From positions 20,954-84,953 of the forward strand of contig JAOZFN010000012.1 of NCBI GenBank assembly GCA_027492205.1: a DNA stretch of 64,000 nucleotides. The letters run 5' to 3'. The translations under genes were made by a program, and so were the position numbers. This DNA is from Thermoproteota archaeon. GTDB lineage: Archaea > Korarchaeota > Korarchaeia > Korarchaeales > Korarchaeaceae. Below, in pieces: positions 38,490-47,390 of the stretch; the first letter of the stretch is position 1, and every line of letters starts with the position of its first letter. The notes beneath the pieces are model-generated. The model saw only the letters and a program-made list of their open reading frames with translations. It made no database searches and was not told the DNA's origin.

Positions 38490-39753
38490 GGTCGAGGGGC
38501 GCAGGGACGTCGTGGTCGTCGGGGGCGGGCCGGCCGGGATGGCCGCCGCTGCCAGGGCCGCCGAGATGGGCCTAGACGTGCTGCTGGTGGATGAAGGAAG
38601 GAGGCTCGGCGGCATACTGCCGCAGTGCATCCACCCGGGGTTCGGCGTCCACTACCTGGGAGAGGAGCTCACCGGGCCCGAGTTCGCCCAGAGGCTGGCA
38701 TCTCGCGTGGAGGACGCCGGCGTAGACTTACTGCTGGATGCGCACGTGCCGGAGGTCAGGTGGATCTCCCACGCGGAGAAGGGCGTGCGCGTGCTCTCCC
38801 CAGGCTTCTCGGGGGAGGTGAGGACCGGGGCGGTGATCTACGCCGCCGGGGCTAGGGAGAGGCACCGCTTCGAGATCGGGATCCTTGGGGACAGGGTGGC
38901 CGGGGTCTACACGGCCGGAGAGGCCCAGACGATGATGGACGTGTACGGTATCCTGCCGGGAAGGAGGGTGCTCGTCGTCGGCTCCGGCGACGTGGGGATG
39001 ATCGTGGCAAGGAGGTTCGCCCTGGAGGGGGCCGAGGTGGTTGGAGTCGTCGAGATAATGCCCTACCCTGGCGGGCTCACGAGGAATGTGGTCCAGTGCC
39101 TGGAGGACTTCGACATCCCCCTCCTGCTGAGCCACAGGGTCGTCGCGGTCAGGGGGAGGGGGAGGGGGAGGGTGGAGAGGGCCGTCCTGGTGAGAGTTGA
39201 CGAGGGGCTGAGAGACGTTCCCGGGACCGAGACGGAGGTGGAGTGCGACACGGTGGTCGTGTCGGCCGGGCTGGTACCAAGGATGGAGGTCCTGCGAGAG
39301 CTGGGGGCGCTGATCGATCAAGCGACGGGAGGCCCGATGGTCAACGACAGGCTGGAGACCACGGTACCGGGAGTCTTCGCCGCGGGGAACGCCCTCGTGA
39401 TAAACGATCTGGTGGATCACGCCGCCGAGCAGGGCGAGCAGGCCGCCGAGGGGGCGGCCGAGTTCCTGAGGAGAGGGGGAATCCCTGCGACCGACTGGGT
39501 GAAGCTGAGGCCGGGCGAGGGAGTCAAGCTGACGGTACCTCAACTCCTCAGCGGGGAGAGGGACGTCTGGGTCTACTTGAGGGTCGCCAGGCCCGTCAGG
39601 AACGCGAGACTAAGCCTCAGGGGAGCGGGCAAGGAGGTCAGGCTCCCGGTGGTCAGGCCGGCGGAAATGGTCAGGGTCAAGCTCATGGCCGGGGAGGTCA
39701 GGCGGGCTAAGGTCGGGGGCCGGGAGGTCGTTGCGGAGGTGTACGGAGGTTGA
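38470..39753 (+). CDS. NAD(P)/FAD-dependent oxidoreductase
   Basis: GGGPAG, LGGILPQCIHPGFG, GSGDVG, FAAGN. Confidence 0.88.
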   Translation: MRGVRSRVEGRRDVVVVGGGPAGMAAAARAAEMGLDVLLVDEGRRLGGILPQCIHPGFGVHYLGEELTGPEFAQRLASRVEDAGVDLLLDAHVPEVRWISHAEKGVRVLSPGFSGEVRTGAVIYAAGARERHRFEIGILGDRVAGVYTAGEAQTMMDVYGILPGRRVLVVGSGDVGMIVARRFALEGAEVVGVVEIMPYPGGLTRNVVQCLEDFDIPLLLSHRVVAVRGRGRGRVERAVLVRVDEGLRDVPGTETEVECDTVVVSAGLVPRMEVLRELGALIDQATGGPMVNDRLETTVPGVFAAGNALVINDLVDHAAEQGEQAAEGAAEFLRRGGIPATDWVKLRPGEGVKLTVPQLLSGERDVWVYLRVARPVRNARLSLRGAGKEVRLPVVRPAEMVRVKLMAGEVRRAKVGGREVVAEVYGG

Positions 39754-40163
39754 AGGATCGAAGGGAGGTCAGGAGGCTGACCTGCATCGTCTGCCCCCTG
39801 GGCTGCGAGATTGAGGTTCTGCTGGACCGCGGCCCGGGCGGAGATGTGAGGGTGCTCGAGGTTGAGGGGGCCGCTTGCCCCAGGGGGAGGGAGTGGGCCG
39901 CTCGGGAGGTGACAGACCCCAAGAGGGTCGTGATCACCGTGGTGCCGGTGAGGGGCGGAGACCCGCCGACCGTGAGCGTGAAGACGGACAGGCCGATCCC
40001 CAAGTCCAGGATCCCGGAGTTCATGAGGGCCCTGGCCGGGCTGGAGGTGGAGGCGCCCGTGAGGGTGGGTCAGGTCCTCGCCAGTGGGGTGCTCGACCTG
40101 GCGAACGTGGTGGCGACCAGGGAGTCAAGATCGATGGGGAGAAGTCTCGGAGAGAGGCCGTGA
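39750..40163 (+). CDS. DUF1667 Cys-rich protein
   Basis: TCIVCPLGC...CPRG, SVKTDRPIPK. Confidence 0.85.
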   Translation: MKDRREVRRLTCIVCPLGCEIEVLLDRGPGGDVRVLEVEGAACPRGREWAAREVTDPKRVVITVVPVRGGDPPTVSVKTDRPIPKSRIPEFMRALAGLEVEAPVRVGQVLASGVLDLANVVATRESRSMGRSLGERP

Positions 40164-40343
40164 GGTCCCCTGCGGCCTACCACCTACCCTACCCCACGAA
40201 CGGGGAACCGGGAGTATGGGGATCACGATTCCCGATATAGGGGAAGTAGCCCAGGCCGGATGGGCATCCGTGCTCTGGAGGCCCCCTCCCGCCATATCCA
40301 GACAAGGGTTCAACGCGTCGGCGGTCTTCGGCGTCTCAGTGAG

Positions 40344-40363
40344 CACGTCAGTACGAACCTGCG
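40344..40363 (+). promoter_or_regulatory. Conserved upstream box, copy 1 (precursor 1)
   Basis: CACGTCAGTACGAACCTGCG; 18/20 identical to 40618-40637; ends 55 nt before ATG 40418. Confidence 0.6.
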
Positions 40364-40417
40364 AGAAACCGTGTTATCAACGGGGGAGGATCCCCGCGCA
40401 GGTCCGGGTGGTTGAGC

Positions 40418-40534
40418 ATGGCCGTACTCTCCGCGTTCTTCGGGCTCGGCGCGGAGGACCTCAGAGCCTCCGTGACCGTCGCATCCTGCTCGGCCTGCTG
40501 CCTGGCGGGCGGAGGGGGGACCCTCATCGCCTAG
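40418..40534 (+). CDS. Putative RiPP precursor peptide 1 (38 aa: MAVLSAFFGLGAEDLRASVTVASCSACCLAGGGGTLIA)
   Basis: Manual translation; GGTGG SD; paralog of 40692..40811; T-tract downstream. Confidence 0.75.
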   Translation: MAVLSAFFGLGAEDLRASVTVASCSACCLAGGGGTLIA

Positions 40535-40617
40535 GCCCCCCACCTGCCACTTTTTTCTCGATAAATCCGCTTTTTTCAGCCAATAGAGTAAGATCCGACT
40601 ATGTATGGATATGTTAT

Positions 40618-40637
40618 CACCTCAGTACGAATCTGCG
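40618..40637 (+). promoter_or_regulatory. Conserved upstream box, copy 2 (precursor 2)
   Basis: CACCTCAGTACGAATCTGCG; ends 55 nt before ATG 40692; followed by TTTTTA. Confidence 0.6.
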
Positions 40638-40691
40638 GATCATGATTTTTACTTCATACTGGCCGGAGCCTCAGCCCAAGGGGTGAGGTGT

Positions 40692-40811
40692 ATGGCGAGC
40701 GTGCTGGGCGAGTGGAGGGATGTGAGCGCCGCCGACATCGGCGACGGCGTGACGGCCTGGCCTTGCGCCTTCTGCTGCCTCCTGGCGGGAGGGGGCACCC
40801 TAATCACCTGA
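40692..40811 (+). CDS. Putative RiPP precursor peptide 2 (39 aa: MASVLGEWRDVSAADIGDGVTAWPCAFCCLLAGGGTLIT)
   Basis: GGTGAGGTG SD; immediately upstream of radical SAM gene; T-tract downstream. Confidence 0.8.
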   Translation: MASVLGEWRDVSAADIGDGVTAWPCAFCCLLAGGGTLIT

Positions 40812-40848
40812 GGGTCCCTCTCTCCTCATTTTTTGGGCGTGAACGGGG

Positions 40849-42257
40849 GTGTTCGGCGTGTCTAGGCCGGTCCTGAAGCCATTCGTCGGGATCAGGAGAG
40901 AGGATTTCGGGGTGATCCTCTACAGAGGAGGCTCCGACCAGATTCAGGCGGTCCACCCAGTCGCCGCGTACGTGCTCACCCTCATGGACGGGAGGAGGAC
41001 TTTGAGGGAGATCTCAGAGGCCTTGGCGAGGGAGCTCGGCAGGGGCGTTGGGGACGCCACGGAGATAGTCGAGGTCGTGCTGGACAGGTACGCCGACTAC
41101 GTCGACCTCGAGGGCTCCCACGTGAAGGACTTGCCGAGCCCGGAGGAGCTGCTCGAAGGAGTACCTGCTGAGATCCCCCCGGAGGAGGCCCTCCACGGCA
41201 GGCTCAGCGCCCCGACGGGCTTCGGCTACATCGTGACCCACGCCTGCCCCAACAGGTGCAGGTACTGCTACGCCGCCGCCTGGAGGAGGGCGAGGCTCGA
41301 GGACGACCTCGTTCCGCTGGACGTCATCCTCAGGACCGTGGACGAGGCGGCGGATGTCGGGGTCAAGACGATCCTGATGACCGGCGGCGAGCCGTTCATG
41401 AGGCCCGACCTGGTGGACATAGCCGAGAGGGCCCTGAAGAGGGACATCTTCGTCTACATACCAACCAAGTCGCTGATAACGGAAGAGAAGGCCAGGAGGC
41501 TCAGCGAGGCCGGCTTGGGCTGGATCCAGGTGAGCATAGACTCGCCAAATCCGGAGACCGAGGACTTCCTCGTGGGGCCCGGGGCCCACGCGAGGCTGAC
41601 GACCACGGTCAGGAACCTGGTCAGGCACGGGATCGACGTGAGGGTCAACTCCGTCGTCACCTCGTACAACGTCGGGGAGGTTCCGAGGCTGATCGAGTGG
41701 CTCTACGAGATGGGGGTCAGCAGGATCTCCCTCTCACCGTATCAGTCCCCCCACGACAGGGTCGACGACGACCTCTTCCCCTCGGTGGGGGACTACGCCT
41801 GGCTGCTGGACAGGATCAAGGAGCTGCCGAGGCACCTGAGGGACGCGCTCGACCCGGCCGGAATACGGGCGATAGAGAACGCCGTGAGGGTCAACGAAGA
41901 CGAGCTGGAGGATGTGGTGGCCCTGAGAAAGTGCTCCGCGGGAAGGAGTTCCCTCGTCATACTGCCGGACGCAGGGTTTCGTTCTGCGAGAGGGTGGCGC
42001 TGGACGAGAGGTTCGTCGTGGGAGACCTGAGGAAGCAGTCTCTCATGGATATATGGAGGTCGGAGAGGCTGGAGAGGCTGGTGTATCCACCGAGGGAGCT
42101 GTTCTCCGGCACGGCGTGCCACGACTGCCCCGTCTTCGACGAGTGCACCAGGCTGGGGAAGAGGTGCTACGTGAGGGCCATGGACGCCTACGGGGAGCCC
42201 TTCGCCCCGGACCCGATATGCCCGGCCGCGCCGCGGGTGGAGGGCAGGTTCGTGTGA
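40849..42257 (+). CDS. PqqD/RRE-radical SAM-SPASM peptide maturase (1-nt frameshift at about 41971)
   Basis: N-terminal LMDGRRTLREI PqqD-like helix; CPNRCRYC; TGGEP; SID; SPASM CSAG...PD(G)RVSFC...GDL...IW...CHDC..FDEC...C...DPIC split over two frames. Confidence 0.88.
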
Positions 42258-42263
42258 CGGGGG

Positions 42264-43256
42264 GTGGGTGAGGTGGCGTCGGGCGTCGCGCGCGACGCGG
42301 TGATCGCCGAGAACCTGGTCAAGTACTACGGAGACTTCAAGGCGCTCGACGGCGTCTCTCTGAGGGTCGAGAGGGGAGAGGTCGTGGCCCTGCTGGGCCC
42401 CAACGGGGCTGGGAAGACCACCACCATCGGCATACTCTGCGGCCTCATGTCCGCGGACGCCGGCAGGGCCTTCGTCCTCGGGGTCCCGTCGACCGACAAG
42501 GATGGGGTGAGCAGGCTGATCTCCTACGCCCCGCAGGAGACGGCCCTTGACTACCTGATGAGCGTGGAGGACAACCTGAGGTTCATCGGCTGGCTGAGGG
42601 GGCTTAGGGGCGGGCGGCTCAGGGAGCGGATCGAGCGGGCACTGAGAGAGTTCGGCCTCCTCGAGAAGAGGGGGGTCCCGGTCATAGCCCTCTCGGGTGG
42701 GCTGATGAGGAGGGTCCAGCTGGCCGGGGCCCTCATGCTGGAGCGGGAGGTGCTGGTGCTGGACGAGCCCACCCTCGGGCTTGACCCCATGGGCAAGATG
42801 ACGGTCTGGCAGATGGTCAGGGAGAGGGCCAGGAGGGGGGCGGCCGTGCTGGTCGCCACCAACGACATGCACGAGGCCGAGGTGCTCGCGGACAGGATAG
42901 CCTTCCTAAACAGGGGCAGGATCGTCGCCTTCGACACGGCCGACAGGCTCAAGGCCCTGTCCGGTAGCTCCTACCTGAGGCTGCGGCTGGAGCCCGGCTG
43001 GGAAGACCTGGTCAGTCCGCCCCGGGGGTCGAGGGTCCTCGGGGACGGGTGGATCGAGGTCGAGTACCGCGATCCGGGGGAGGTGGCCGAGATCGTGGCG
43101 TCGCTCTCCGGCGCCAGGATCCTCGACATGAGGCTGAGGGGGCCCACCCTGGACGACGTGTTCAGGAAGCTGGCGACCGAGTCGGAGGCGGTTCCAGAGG
43201 GCGGCGGGGCGGGCGTGAGGGTGGTGGCCGAGGTCCAGCCACAGGCCGGGGGGTGA
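42264..43256 (+). CDS. ABC exporter ATP-binding protein
   Basis: GPNGAGKTT, LSGG, LDEPT, PTLDDVF. Confidence 0.9.
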   Translation: MGEVASGVARDAVIAENLVKYYGDFKALDGVSLRVERGEVVALLGPNGAGKTTTIGILCGLMSADAGRAFVLGVPSTDKDGVSRLISYAPQETALDYLMSVEDNLRFIGWLRGLRGGRLRERIERALREFGLLEKRGVPVIALSGGLMRRVQLAGALMLEREVLVLDEPTLGLDPMGKMTVWQMVRERARRGAAVLVATNDMHEAEVLADRIAFLNRGRIVAFDTADRLKALSGSSYLRLRLEPGWEDLVSPPRGSRVLGDGWIEVEYRDPGEVAEIVASLSGARILDMRLRGPTLDDVFRKLATESEAVPEGGGAGVRVVAEVQPQAGG

Positions 43257-43260
43257 TGCC

Positions 43261-44007
43261 GTGCTCGCGCCTCTCATCTGGAGGGAGTTCAAGATTCACT
43301 CCAGCAAGGCCCTGGCCCTGAACCACCTGCTCGGCCCCACCTCCTACCTGGTGTTCTTGGGGCTCAGCATATCCTTCAACTTCGGGACCGTGCCCTACCA
43401 AGGCATGGCGGTGAGCTACCTGCACTTCATAATCCCCGGGCTCATAGCGATCCAGACCTACCAGCTCTTCGCCACGACCTTCTCGCTCACCAGGCTCGAC
43501 ATCTCCACCAAGATGATCACGCTGATCATGACCTCCACCAGCTTCGTGAACTACATGGTCGCGAAGATAGCCTTCGGCATGCTCGTCTCGCTCGCGACGT
43601 CGGCGTACCTCCTAGGGCTGGGCTGGGTCATCGCCGGCCCCACGGAGGTCACGCTCTCGGGGCTCCTCACGATGGTCGCGGGGATAGCGCTGGGGGACCT
43701 GCTGTTCTTCTCACTCGGGCTGCTCATGGGCCTCAAGATAAGGAGGGAGGACGTGAGAGACGCCATCTTCGCCCTGGCGGGAACGCCGGCGCTCTTCTCC
43801 AGCACGGCCTTCTACCCCATGGACAGGGTGCCGGCGCCCCTCCGGCTGGTGGCCAGGCTGAACCCCATATCCCACATAGCAGACATCGTGAGGGCTGGCT
43901 ACCTGAACGCGAGCCCCGACCCGCTGACCTGCCTCCTGCTCGCGGCCTACGTGGCCGCCGCCGCGGGCGTCACGTACAGGGCCGTGAGGCGGTTCGTCGT
44001 CAAGTGA
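43261..44007 (+). CDS. ABC-2 exporter permease
   Basis: YLHFIIPG, FSSTAFYP, LNPISH; 6 TM helices. Confidence 0.88.
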   Translation: MLAPLIWREFKIHSSKALALNHLLGPTSYLVFLGLSISFNFGTVPYQGMAVSYLHFIIPGLIAIQTYQLFATTFSLTRLDISTKMITLIMTSTSFVNYMVAKIAFGMLVSLATSAYLLGLGWVIAGPTEVTLSGLLTMVAGIALGDLLFFSLGLLMGLKIRREDVRDAIFALAGTPALFSSTAFYPMDRVPAPLRLVARLNPISHIADIVRAGYLNASPDPLTCLLLAAYVAAAAGVTYRAVRRFVVK

Positions 44008-44036
44008 GCGCCCGCGGCGCAACACTTTTATTTGAT

Positions 44037-44054
44037 CAATCAATCGATTGATTG
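44037..44054. promoter_or_regulatory. Perfect 18-bp palindrome (operator candidate)
   Basis: CAATCAATCGATTGATTG directly after TTTTATTT box, overlapping the start of 44048..45100. Confidence 0.6.
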
Positions 44055-45100
44055 TGCCGGGTGGGGACGACCTCAGGGACGCCGGGAGGATAGTGAGGCA
44101 CCTTCTGTTCAACAGCCTCGATGTGGAGTCCCTGAGCATCCGGGGAATGGAGAGGGCGCTGGGAATACCCTTCTCCAGGCTCAGGCGACTCCTCAGGTGG
44201 CTCCAGAGTGAGGGAATAGTCGTGGGGTATCAGGTGGGCACCTCGATGGCCTTCAGGGTCTTAGACCTGGAGAGGGCCGTTCACCTCGGCCTGGTGAGCC
44301 TGTCCACGGAGGACCTGGAGAGGGCCGTATACGGCTCCATGGCGCTGCCGGCCTCGGTCAGGGGCATGGTGCGCGACGACCTCACCCTCAAGTTCCTGCC
44401 AGCGTCCAGCGACCTGCCGGGGCCCTACCTCGCGGCGATAGGGGACCTGAGGAGGAGGTGGGACCTACTCTATCAGGCGGCCAGGAGGGCCTTCACGGGC
44501 GGGGACGGGGAGAAGGTGCGGCAGACGGGCCCAGGGGGGGCCGACGGCATGGAGGCCGGCCTGAGGCTCCTGGGGAGGGATTTCGTGTCCAAGGTGGGCC
44601 TCATCCCCCTCCTGTACCTCGTGGCCGTCAGGCAGATCAAGGTCCCTGTGGAGGTCGAGCTTGACGAGGACGACATAGAGGGCATGCTGCACAGGCTCAG
44701 GGTCGAAGCCGGCGTCGGGGAGGAGGAGGTGAGGCTCCTGAGGTACTTCCCCTCCCTGGACCCCATAGCCCTGTTCGCGAGGGACGTGGTCATGGAGCTC
44801 GGGGTTCCCGAGGAGGTCAGCGAGGAGGAGCTCAGAGGGGCTGTCTCCAGGGTGGCGGAGAAGTACCTCCGCCTCCTGCTGAAGTTCTCCCGCGGGAGGC
44901 ACCCGTCCAGGGAGGCCAGGCTCGTGGAGGCGCTGACCCTCAGGCACGGGGCCCTGTTCGGCATACTGACCGGGGCCCCGGCGGATCTCGTGAGGGAGTG
45001 CCTCTCCAGGGCGAGCGAGCTGGAGGAGGGGTCGGACCCATGGGAGGGGAGGGGCGGGTTGAGGTCGATGGGGAGGTGTGGGGATGCTCGAGCTGGCTGA
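44048..45100 (+). CDS. Putative transcriptional regulator with N-terminal wHTH
   Basis: LSIRGMERALGIPFSRLRRLLRWLQSEGIV...VG. Confidence 0.6.
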   Translation: MIVPGGDDLRDAGRIVRHLLFNSLDVESLSIRGMERALGIPFSRLRRLLRWLQSEGIVVGYQVGTSMAFRVLDLERAVHLGLVSLSTEDLERAVYGSMALPASVRGMVRDDLTLKFLPASSDLPGPYLAAIGDLRRRWDLLYQAARRAFTGGDGEKVRQTGPGGADGMEAGLRLLGRDFVSKVGLIPLLYLVAVRQIKVPVEVELDEDDIEGMLHRLRVEAGVGEEEVRLLRYFPSLDPIALFARDVVMELGVPEEVSEEELRGAVSRVAEKYLRLLLKFSRGRHPSREARLVEALTLRHGALFGILTGAPADLVRECLSRASELEEGSDPWEGRGGLRSMGRCGDARAG

Positions 45101-45422
45101 ACCTCCCGTCGCGGATGCCGAGGCCGTGTTCTCCCTCAGGAGGAGTAGGGTCAGGAGGGAGGTCCTCTCCTTCCTAGCCAGGATACACCCGAGGGCCTCC
45201 TACCCCAGCGAGATAGCCAAGGCGATAAACGCCAGGGCTGACCAGGTCCTCGCGGCGCTGAGGGGCTACGGGACCAGGTACAGGAGGGACATATCCCTCC
45301 TCGGGCTCGGACTCGTGAGGGAGGTCGGGAGGGGACCCAAGCTCACCCTCTACGCCGCCACCGAGAAGGGGGTCAGGGTGGTCGCCTACCTGAGCATGGT
45401 CGAGTACAACCTCTCCCAGTGA
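45084..45422 (+). CDS. EarA-like (DUF1495/COG3373) winged-helix transcription regulator
   Basis: SLRRSRVRREVL...P.ASY.SEI...V..AL.G.G.RY...SL..LGLV...T.KG resembles the EarA family as recalled. Confidence 0.7.
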   Translation: MLELAEPPVADAEAVFSLRRSRVRREVLSFLARIHPRASYPSEIAKAINARADQVLAALRGYGTRYRRDISLLGLGLVREVGRGPKLTLYAATEKGVRVVAYLSMVEYNLSQ

Positions 45423-45691
45423 GGGCCGCCCGAAAGGGCCGACGAAGTACATCCAGCGTCCACACACGGCTCAGTTCTTCTCCACTCGGCTTTCTCGCCG
45501 CCGTCCTAGGGCTGACTCGGCCCTCCGCCCAGCCGCGTGCGCCTCACAGCGCGGCTCAGGGTTACTCACGGGCCACGAGCCCGCGCGCGGCCGGGCCAGG
45601 ATCTCAAGAGGGCCCGAGGGGAGCGAGAGGCAGCGGCGCCGCCCTTATAACAGGGGGGCGGGAGGGCGTCGCCTGTCACCGGTCTAGGGAG

Positions 45692-46825
45692 ATGGCTTGG
45701 ATGAGGGTTGGCCTGAAGGAACTCCTCCTCGGCGCGGCTTCGGCGCTCGTCCTCGTTGGTGTGCTCGCCTGCTCACTGCTGTGCATCCCGTGGCACCTGC
45801 TGCCGGACTCTGAGGCCTTGCCCGCCGTTCTGGGCCTAGCGGCAGCCCTCGGCGCGGCCGCCGCGGGGAGGGCCCGCGGCGGGGTCAGGGTGGCCGCCTG
45901 GCTGGCTGCGGTCGCCCTGGCCGCGCTCTCACTCGCCGCGGTCGGCTCGGCGCTCGGGTTCAGGGTGGTCCCGAACTCGCCGTACGCGTCCGTGACCCTC
46001 GCGAACGTGCCCTGCGACGGTCCCCTGATCCTGAACGTGACGGCGATACCGTTCCACGTCCACGTCCAGCCCTGGGGTGGTGAGGACGTGTCTGCGGTGA
46101 TCGAGGCCCCCTCAAACCTGGTCGAGGAGGTGGAGAGGGGCGTTACCATCTCGCACGCCGTGGACCCATCCGACGGCACCCTCCACCTGCGGATCCAGAG
46201 CGAGTACAGGAGGCCCATCGCGATCGGGTGGCTCGCCCTCTCCCCGCCCGAGCTGACGCTCAGGGTGATGGTTCCCTGGGCTGGCGGCTGCAGGGTGCTG
46301 CGGGCGCACGTCTACACCGTGAGCGGAGACGTGGCCGTGCGTGTGGACGTCGATCGGTTATCCGTCCAGAGCGTCCACGGGAGCCTGAACCTCTCGGGGG
46401 ATTTCGGGGTCCTGGAGGCCGAGACCGTCAGCGGCGGCGTCTTCCTGAGCGGAGGGGTGCTGCGCGGCGGGACCGTGAGGTCGACCAGCGGCGACGTAAG
46501 GGGAGAGATCCGGGCCGCTGGAGCTCTCGGCCCAGCGGGAGCAGGCGGCACCCTCCACCTGAGCACGACGAGCGGGGACATAGAGGTCGAGATCTCGAGG
46601 GGAGAGGACGTCCACCTGGAGATCTACGCCGGCACGACGGGCGGGCGCGCGACCCTGATGGAGGCCGGTGGCGGCTCGGGAGGCGGCCTCGACGTCGCGG
46701 TCATCTCCGAGGGTGAGGTCAGGGGGAGCGTCGGGCCCCCCGGGGGACGAGAGTTCAGGCTCGTGGCCGAGACAACCAGCGGCGACGTCACCATAAGGTA
46801 CGCCGGGGTCTGGCGGGCCGGGTAG
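45692..46825 (+). CDS. Membrane protein with DUF4097 beta-strand repeats
   Basis: Three N-terminal TM helices; repeated TVSGD/STSGD/TTSGD motifs; TTATAA box upstream. Confidence 0.7.
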   Translation: MAWMRVGLKELLLGAASALVLVGVLACSLLCIPWHLLPDSEALPAVLGLAAALGAAAAGRARGGVRVAAWLAAVALAALSLAAVGSALGFRVVPNSPYASVTLANVPCDGPLILNVTAIPFHVHVQPWGGEDVSAVIEAPSNLVEEVERGVTISHAVDPSDGTLHLRIQSEYRRPIAIGWLALSPPELTLRVMVPWAGGCRVLRAHVYTVSGDVAVRVDVDRLSVQSVHGSLNLSGDFGVLEAETVSGGVFLSGGVLRGGTVRSTSGDVRGEIRAAGALGPAGAGGTLHLSTTSGDIEVEISRGEDVHLEIYAGTTGGRATLMEAGGGSGGGLDVAVISEGEVRGSVGPPGGREFRLVAETTSGDVTIRYAGVWRAG

Positions 46826-46894
46826 GTCTGGGGCGCATTCCGCCCGCCCCGGTGGGAGGGCGGAGAGCGTAATTTCCGCCGGCGGCCGCCCGCC

Positions 46895-47387
46895 GTGCGC
46901 GCCCTGGAGGGTACCACTCCACACCTCGCCAGGCTCGAGGCGATCTACCTGCTGGCCCTGGCGGTCGCGGCCTCCGGCTCGGGCGGGCAGCCCTGCCCCG
47001 CGGCTCAGGCAGGGGTCCCGAGGACCGAGGCGGCGTTCGAGGAGTTCGCGTCGCGGTCCTCTTCAGCGCTCCTGACCCTGGCGCTGGCCGTGATCCACCC
47101 CCTCCTGGCCCTGGCGCCGACCGTCTCGGTCGCCCTGTCCTCGGCCTGCGCCCCGTTCTCGATGGGCGTTGCGGGCACGGTCGCCCTGGGAGGTTGGCCG
47201 GCTCCCAGCTCATACTGCTGGCGGCCTCCATGGGCCTTGCGGAGAGGGCCAGGCAGGCCTCACCCGGGCCGGGGCCGGGGGAGCGGCGGAGAGGTGGCGC
47301 TCAACGGTCGAGTTCCTGAGGGGGGCGATACCGACGGTACTCGCGGCCTCCCTGATCCCCTCCCTCCTGGAGGCGGCTGGGGCGTGA
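46895..47387 (+). pseudogene. Fragmented membrane-protein gene (possibly SpoIIM/DUF95-like)
   Basis: Hydrophobic segments in three frames, ending ...IPSLLEAAGA. Confidence 0.3.
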
Positions 47388-47390
47388 CCC

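Noticed and set aside
8267-38630. Long antisense or alternate-frame ORFs (e.g. 8267..9796, 18246..19478, 31621..33258, 35912..37270, 36921..38630)
   Set aside because: Shadow ORFs of real genes caused by high GC3; no recognisable motifs.
40084-40346. Possible third precursor peptide upstream of precursor 1
   Set aside because: No CxxCC/GGGTLI motif or conserved upstream box was found; ORF 40084..40686 appears spurious.
40605-40691. N-terminal extension of precursor 2 as called in the ORF track (68 aa)
   Set aside because: It overlaps the promoter box; the strong SD and alignment with precursor 1 support ATG 40692.
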